Of a DNA stretch of 61,335 nucleotides, positions 56,713 through 61,335 are shown piece after piece (position 1 is the first letter of the stretch; every line of letters starts with the position of its first letter). The position numbers and the translations under genes were made by a program. The notes beneath the pieces were generated by a model. The model had not been told where the DNA came from, ran no database searches, and worked only from the letters and a program-made list of their open reading frames with translations. Source of the stretch: Actinomycetes bacterium (lineage in GTDB: Bacteria > Actinomycetota > Acidimicrobiia > IMCC26256 > Chersky-534); the NCBI GenBank assembly GCA_025463865.1, contig JAODBH010000083.1, positions 1 through 61,335 on the forward strand, written 5' to 3'.

Positions 56713-57746
56713 ACGTCCGCCCCGAAACCCAAGGGCCCACGGTCCTCCTGGCTGGCGTGGGCGCGGTCGGAGCGCGCGCGGCGCGCCAGCTCGTCGACAC
56801 CGACGGCATCGGACGGGTCGTGCTCGCGGAGCGCCGCCCGGATCAGCGCCGGACGGCCCTCGACTCCCTCGGGGAGCGGGCGGTCGCTCTCGACGATCCG
56901 TACGGTGACTGGCCCGACGACATCGCGATCGTGGTGAGCGCGCTGCCCGCGAGCGGCGACGGTCGTCTGGCCCGCGTGGCGATCGAGCGGGGCGTGCCGT
57001 TCGTCAGCGGCACCGAGGACGCCGACACCATCGACGAGCTCCTGGCACTCCAACCGATCGCGCGCGCGTCCGGAGTGTCGGTCGTGATCGGGTGCGGTCT
57101 CGCTCCGGGGCTCTCGGACGTGCTCGCCCGGCACGCGGCCTCGGCCCTCGAGGACGTCGACGAGGTGCACATCGCCCGGGTCGGCACGTCCGGTCCTGCG
57201 TCGGTCGCGACCATGAAGCGGGCCTTGCGGGAGCGACCCCGGGAGTGGCGCGACGGTAGTTGGCACGAAGGTCGTCGCCGACCGACCCGCGAGCTGGTCT
57301 GGTTCCCGGAGCCGGTGGGCGGGCGCGACTGCGACGCGGTGGCGAGCGGCATCGCGCTGCTCCAACGGCAGTTCCCGGATGCGCAGCGCCTGACGATCCG
57401 GTACGGAGAAGGCGAGGACTCGCCGGGGTGGCGGCGCGCCGGTGACGCGGCTGCCTGGGGCGCGGCGCGGGTGGAGGTGTGGGGCCGTCGCGGAAGGGCC
57501 CGCGACTCCATCGTCTACGGCGTGGTCGAACGGACCGCGGTCGCCACCGGCACGATGCTCGCGGTGGTTGCGGGCTCGATGCTCGGCGCGCTGGATCTCG
57601 GGCGTCCCGCGGGCCCGGGTGTCTTCGCGGCGTCGGAGTTCCTCGAACCGGTGCCGCTGCTCACCGAGTTGTCGCGCCGTGGAGTCAAGGCCGCCACCTT
57701 CGAGGGTGTCGGCGGGGAATCACCGGCCACATCCCCGCGCGGATGA
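56709..57746 (+). CDS. Saccharopine-dehydrogenase-like NAD(P)-binding protein
   Basis: N-terminal Rossmann TVLLAGVGAVGARAARQL. The size and layout (CGLAPGLSDVLARHA after roughly 130 aa) resemble the Sacchrp_dh family. By eye only. Confidence 0.55.
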   Translation: MNVRPETQGPTVLLAGVGAVGARAARQLVDTDGIGRVVLAERRPDQRRTALDSLGERAVALDDPYGDWPDDIAIVVSALPASGDGRLARVAIERGVPFVSGTEDADTIDELLALQPIARASGVSVVIGCGLAPGLSDVLARHAASALEDVDEVHIARVGTSGPASVATMKRALRERPREWRDGSWHEGRRRPTRELVWFPEPVGGRDCDAVASGIALLQRQFPDAQRLTIRYGEGEDSPGWRRAGDAAAWGAARVEVWGRRGRARDSIVYGVVERTAVATGTMLAVVAGSMLGALDLGRPAGPGVFAASEFLEPVPLLTELSRRGVKAATFEGVGGESPATSPRG

Positions 57747-58303
57747 CCCCGCCGGCGGATCACGTCGACCCGGCCGATCGCGCCGCAAGCAGGAGCGCGC
57801 GGGGCATCGAGCAGCAGGTCCTGGCCGAGATGGCCGAGGAGGAGCGGGACCGGAACCTCGATCTCCCCTTCGCGTTCGTGGAGCTGCTCTGGAGCGGTGC
57901 CGTGATCACCGTGCGGGTGACGGGACACGCGTTTGAAGGCGCGGTCGTGCACGCCGGTGAGGATCTCGTGACCCTGGACACCGCGGCGGGGTCGGTCGAC
58001 GTGCACACCGGATCGGTCCTGTCGGTCCTGGTCCTCGAGCCGGGCGCGGGGCCGGCCCGGGCGCGTGAGCAGATGGATCCCCGCCGGTTCGTCGCCCGGC
58101 TCCGGGAGATCTGCGACGAGGGCCACGCGGGCACGAGCATCGGCGCGGAGCACGGCGCCCGTGAGCTGCGGGGTCGGATCCTGCGGGTCCACGCCGATCA
58201 CGTCGTCTTCGTGACCGACGACGGTTCGCAGTGGTTGCTGCCGCTGCGCGCCATCGCGTACGTCCGCCGCGGGACTCCGGGGCCGGCCGCCCCGAAGCGT
58301 TGA
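57743..58303 (+). CDS. Hypothetical protein with an internal duplication (two small beta-rich modules)
   Basis: ATG overlaps the upstream stop (ATGA). FEGAVVHAGEDLVTLDTAAGSVDVHTGSVLSV and LRGRILRVHADHVVFVTDDGSQWLLPLRAIAYV share a G.hh.h..D.V......G pattern. Confidence 0.45.
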   Translation: MTPPADHVDPADRAASRSARGIEQQVLAEMAEEERDRNLDLPFAFVELLWSGAVITVRVTGHAFEGAVVHAGEDLVTLDTAAGSVDVHTGSVLSVLVLEPGAGPARAREQMDPRRFVARLREICDEGHAGTSIGAEHGARELRGRILRVHADHVVFVTDDGSQWLLPLRAIAYVRRGTPGPAAPKR

Positions 58304-58324
58304 CGGCGAGGGACCGGCCGAGCG

Positions 58325-58585
58325 CTACGCGCTGACGGATTCGCTGACGAGGCTGACCGCCGGCGAGGTCTTCGGCATCGAGTGCTCGATGAACGACGCG
58401 ATGTCGTCCTTGAGGAAGCGGTAGCCGCGCACGCCCGGGATCTGCATCGCGGGGAGCCGACCGTCCTTCGCCATGAGCTGGATCATGCGGGGACTGAGTC
58501 GAAGCCAGGCCGCAACTTCCGACGGCTTGAGGATCGCCGGGTAGTCGGCCGGGTCGAACGGTGTGGGGGAAGTCACGGAGGTCAA
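58325..58585 (-). CDS. Excisionase-family (HTH_17, BldC/Xis-like) DNA-binding protein
   Basis: ILKPSEVAAWLRLSPRMIQLMAKDGRLPAMQIPGVRGYRFLKDDIASFIE is the typical HTH_17 layout. TTG start (GTG 58576 is an alternative). Confidence 0.7.
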   Translation of the reverse strand: MTSVTSPTPFDPADYPAILKPSEVAAWLRLSPRMIQLMAKDGRLPAMQIPGVRGYRFLKDDIASFIEHSMPKTSPAVSLVSESVSA

Positions 58586-58692
58586 GGTAACACGTCCCGA
58601 CTATTCGCGAATGCTACGAACCAGACGAACCCTGGACGGGTCGTCGGCGCGCCCGGCGGGCATGAGAAGCATCGGCCCCGCTCCCGGTTTTC

Positions 58693-59385
58693 TTGAGCGC
58701 GCCCGGCGCGTGCGACGCTCTCATGCGTACCCACCCCCCATTGCCCAGCGTTCTGACCGATTCGCTCAGGTTCGAGGGCTTATGGCCCGAGATCAAGGAC
58801 GAGCGAACCGGAAGAGCCGACGTGCCGAGAGCCGACGAGGACGAAGCCCGACCCGTAGCGGTTGGCCTGCTGCCGAGCAGCCTCCCGTGGCGGCCGCGGC
58901 TGCAGGAGCACCTGCGCGCTGCCGGCGCGCCGCTCGCGGCCAGGTTCCTCCGGGACCGTCACGACACCGCAGGGTTCCGCTTCGACGTCGTGGTGGTCGA
59001 CGACGTCGATCTGCTCCTGTCCACAGGCTGGATCGCCCGGCTCGGCGCGCAGGGTACCGGGATCATCTCGATGTACGACCCGGAGGAGCAGCCCGGCGGT
59101 GACGGGCGCTTCGTCGTGGGGCCCGGTGTGGACGTCGCGCTTCCGGCCGGGATCGGAGGCGCGGCGTTGGTCGCGGCGATCATCGCGTTGGCGGGGAGGA
59201 TCAGCCCCGAGGGGAGCTCACGAGCGCAGTTGTGGTCAGAAGAGCTTGAGCGATGCCGTGTGGCCACCGCGGAGCTCGTCGAGGTCGAACTCGACGCAGG
59301 CGATGCCGCGGCTCTCGGCGTAGACGCGGGCCTGGGGCTTGATGCGCGTCGCGGCGAACATTCCCCGCGTCGGCGCGAACCGTGA
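58693..59385 (+). CDS. Hypothetical protein (receiver-like beta-alpha pattern); both ends uncertain
   Basis: Strong third-position GC from about 58830 to 59230 (FRFDVVVVDDVDLLLSTGWIARLGAQGTGIISMYDPEE). The first roughly 40 codons contain rare codons, so GTG 58822 is an alternative start. The last 150 nt run antisense to the nucS 3' end. Confidence 0.3.
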   Translation: MSAPGACDALMRTHPPLPSVLTDSLRFEGLWPEIKDERTGRADVPRADEDEARPVAVGLLPSSLPWRPRLQEHLRAAGAPLAARFLRDRHDTAGFRFDVVVVDDVDLLLSTGWIARLGAQGTGIISMYDPEEQPGGDGRFVVGPGVDVALPAGIGGAALVAAIIALAGRISPEGSSRAQLWSEELERCRVATAELVEVELDAGDAAALGVDAGLGLDARRGEHSPRRREP

Positions 59386-59895
59386 GTCGAGGTCGAGCCG
59401 TTCCTGGTACCGGATCAGCTGCTCGACGCCGGCGATCTCACCGACCCGCTTGATCTCGACGACCACGGCGTTGCCGTCACCGTCGCGACACAGGAGATCG
59501 ACCGGCCCGATGTCGGTGGGGAACTCGCGGCGGATCAGTACGAAGTCGTGTTGCAGGGCCTCGACGCGCGCTGCGATCAGCTCCTGGAGCTCCGCCTCGA
59601 CGCCGTCCTTCTCGAGCCCGGGGTCGGCGCCGAGGTCGGCGGAGGTATCGCTGATCACCTCGTGGATGTCGATCCGGATCGTCTCCCCCTTGGGATTCGT
59701 GACGACGATCTCGGTCGGCGTCTCCCGGAACACGCAGGGCGGGTTCATCCAGTTGAGCGGCTTGTAGGCCTTCGAATCCGAATGGATCGCCAGTGAGCCG
59801 TCGGCCTTGATCAGGACGAGGCGCGGCGCGGGGGCCAACCGGGCACCCAGGCGGCCTTCGTAGATGACCGAGCAGTTCACGACGAGCATGCGCAC
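59236..59895 (-). CDS. nucS: Endonuclease NucS (EndoMS, non-canonical mismatch repair)
   Basis: MRMLVVNCSVIYEGRL..........L.KADGS..IH, the catalytic region PTDIGPVDLLCRD..G..VVVEIKR, and a C-terminal clamp-binding-type tail ending LKLF. GTG 59895 (ATG 59889 is an alternative). Confidence 0.9.
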   Translation of the reverse strand: MRMLVVNCSVIYEGRLGARLAPAPRLVLIKADGSLAIHSDSKAYKPLNWMNPPCVFRETPTEIVVTNPKGETIRIDIHEVISDTSADLGADPGLEKDGVEAELQELIAARVEALQHDFVLIRREFPTDIGPVDLLCRDGDGNAVVVEIKRVGEIAGVEQLIRYQERLDLDSRFAPTRGMFAATRIKPQARVYAESRGIACVEFDLDELRGGHTASLKLF

Positions 59896-59981
59896 GAGAC
59901 GACGTTGTAGCACTCCGTTGCCCCACGCCCGCTGAGCCCGGTACCGTCCGGTGCTCGGAGGCCGAGCAGGAGTGTCGGGCC

Positions 59982-61190
59982 GTGCGCGACACCACACGGC
60001 CACCGCGGGGGCCGAAGCCGATCCGGGCCGCGCTGGCCGAGTTCCTGCGGGCCGAGAGCGCGAGCGGCGTGGTCCTGCTCATCGCCACCGTGGCCGCGCT
60101 GACGTGGGCGAACGTCGCGACGTCGGGTTACCACGATTTGTGGAGCCACCGACTCACGCTGCCGTTCACCGATTCGAGCGAGACGCTCCAGGGCTGGGTC
60201 AACGACGCGCTGATGGTGGTCTTCTTCTTCGTCGTGGGTCTGGAGATCAAGCGCGAGCTGGTGGTGGGCGAGCTGCGCGACCGCCGGGCCGCGATGCTCC
60301 CGGTCGTCGCGGCAGTGGGCGGGATGGTCGTGCCCGCCGCGCTCTTCCTCGCGGTCAACGCCGGAAGCCACACGCTCGAGCGGGGCTGGGCGATCCCGGT
60401 CGCGACGGACATCGCCTTCGTCGTCGGCGTGCTCGCGCTGTTGGGTCCGCGCGTGCCGTCGGGCCTCAAGCTCTTTCTGCTCACCCTCGCGATCGCCGAC
60501 GACATCGGGGGCATCGTCATCATCGCGGTGGTCTACAGCCACCGGGTCGAACTGGCCTGGATCGGGCTCGCCCTCGTCGCGGTCGGGACGGTCGTCCTGA
60601 TCCGGAAGGCAGGTGTCTCCACGCCGTGGGCGTACCTGTTGCCGGCCGCCGTCCTGTGGTTCGCCACCTACGAGTCGGGGGTGCACCCGACGATCGCGGG
60701 TGTGGTGCTCGGGCTGCTGACCCCGGCGGTGCCGGTGAAGGGCCGAGCCGTGCTCGAGGACCTCGAGCACCGACTGCACCCCTGGAGCTCGTTCGTGGTG
60801 GTTCCGCTCTTCGCGCTCGCGAACGCGGGGGTCGTGTTGTCGGGTGGCGCGATCGGTGACGCCGGTTCCAGCACTCTGGCGTGGGGAGTGGTCGCAGGTC
60901 TGGTGCTCGGCAAGCCCATCGGCATCGGGGTCGCGACGTGGCTCGCCGTGCGGACCGGCGTGGGACGGCTACCGGCCGGCGTGCGCGCGATCCACATCGT
61001 GGGCGGCGGGATCCTCGGCGGGATCGGGTTCACCATCGCCCTGTTCATCGCCGAGCTCAGCTACTCGGGTCGGGCCAAGGTGGACGTGGCGAAGATCGGC
61101 GTCCTCGCCGCTTCGCTGGCCGCGGCGGTGATCGGGAGCGCCGTGCTGCTGATAGGGGCCCGAGTCGGTCCGACCCCGACGGCCGACTGA
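59982..61190 (+). CDS. nhaA: Na+/H+ antiporter NhaA
   Basis: FLRAESASGVVLLIATVAAL.WAN, NDALMVVFFFVVGLEIKRE, IPVATDIAF, and FLLTLAIADDIG. Confidence 0.9.
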   Translation: MRDTTRPPRGPKPIRAALAEFLRAESASGVVLLIATVAALTWANVATSGYHDLWSHRLTLPFTDSSETLQGWVNDALMVVFFFVVGLEIKRELVVGELRDRRAAMLPVVAAVGGMVVPAALFLAVNAGSHTLERGWAIPVATDIAFVVGVLALLGPRVPSGLKLFLLTLAIADDIGGIVIIAVVYSHRVELAWIGLALVAVGTVVLIRKAGVSTPWAYLLPAAVLWFATYESGVHPTIAGVVLGLLTPAVPVKGRAVLEDLEHRLHPWSSFVVVPLFALANAGVVLSGGAIGDAGSSTLAWGVVAGLVLGKPIGIGVATWLAVRTGVGRLPAGVRAIHIVGGGILGGIGFTIALFIAELSYSGRAKVDVAKIGVLAASLAAAVIGSAVLLIGARVGPTPTAD

Positions 61191-61237
61191 CGCGCCGGAG
61201 CCAGGGCCGACAACCGAGCGCGCCCTACGCTCGGGCG

Positions 61238-61335
61238 ATGACGGCTCACGACACTCCCGCTCCCCGAATCGATCTCCGCCGCGCGCTCCCGGAGGCGTAC
61301 CGGGCAGTGGCTGCGCTGGGCCGGAGTGCCGAAGA
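61238..61335 (+). CDS. 5' fragment of an ORF, possibly carboxymuconolactone-decarboxylase/AhpD-like (runs off the window)
   Basis: MTAHDTPAPRIDLRRALPEAYRAVAALGRSAE resembles the N terminus of AhpD-family proteins. Only 32 codons are visible. Confidence 0.25.
   Translation, partial: MTAHDTPAPRIDLRRALPEAYRAVAALGRSAE

Noticed and set aside
59018-59025. Isolated TGTCCACA DnaA-box core inside ORF 58693..59385.
   Set aside because: It is a single 8-mer with no neighbouring boxes and lies within coding-like sequence, consistent with chance.
56448-59235. Possible integrated mobile element at tRNA-Ile (tRNA, then non-syntenic genes including an Xis-like HTH).
   Set aside because: I could find no integrase or recombinase and no direct repeat of the tRNA 3' end downstream. 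There is no evident GC shift. The HTH gene fits BldC-type regulators equally well.

Overview
High-GC (about 70%) chromosomal window spanning the replication origin of an Actinomycetota-type genome. Finer taxonomy cannot be read from the sequence. The core is the conserved origin synteny. On the minus strand: rpmH-rnpA-yidD-yidC-jag-rsmG-parA-parB. On the plus strand: GNAT-DUF6049-murJ-degV-STPK-ECF sigma/anti-sigma-trxB-trxA-cwlM. dnaA-oriC-dnaN-recF-dciA-gyrB-gyrA-DUF3566-tRNA-Ile follows to the right of the rpmH-parB block. To the left lie rpsF-ssb-rpsR-rplI-dnaB, panB, the DUF5318/PadR/ino1 unit, cca, and an orphan pilT with a deacetylase. Further left are a seven-gene co-directional redox cluster (ALDH, P450, two F420-type enzymes, copper amine oxidase, methyltransferase, FAD oxidoreductase) and a small envelope-type neighbourhood (secreted Asp/His-repeat protein, Wzz-like protein, ECF sigma/anti-sigma). 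Right of tRNA-Ile the synteny breaks into uncharacterised genes, then nucS and nhaA. I found no rRNA, CRISPR array, transposase or integrase. The most unusual observations are: (1) rpmH, hand-translated and absent from the ORF track, is completely embedded out of frame in the rnpA ORF, with start codons 4 nt apart; (2) MurJ and a catalytically intact Ser/Thr kinase with a discoidin-like ectodomain are separate genes; (3) a DnaA-box cluster lies upstream of dnaB; (4) a translationally chained three-gene module of unknown function follows tRNA-Ile; (5) a secreted DDHGG/NHD repeat protein. All product calls rest on motif recognition by eye. No database search was run.
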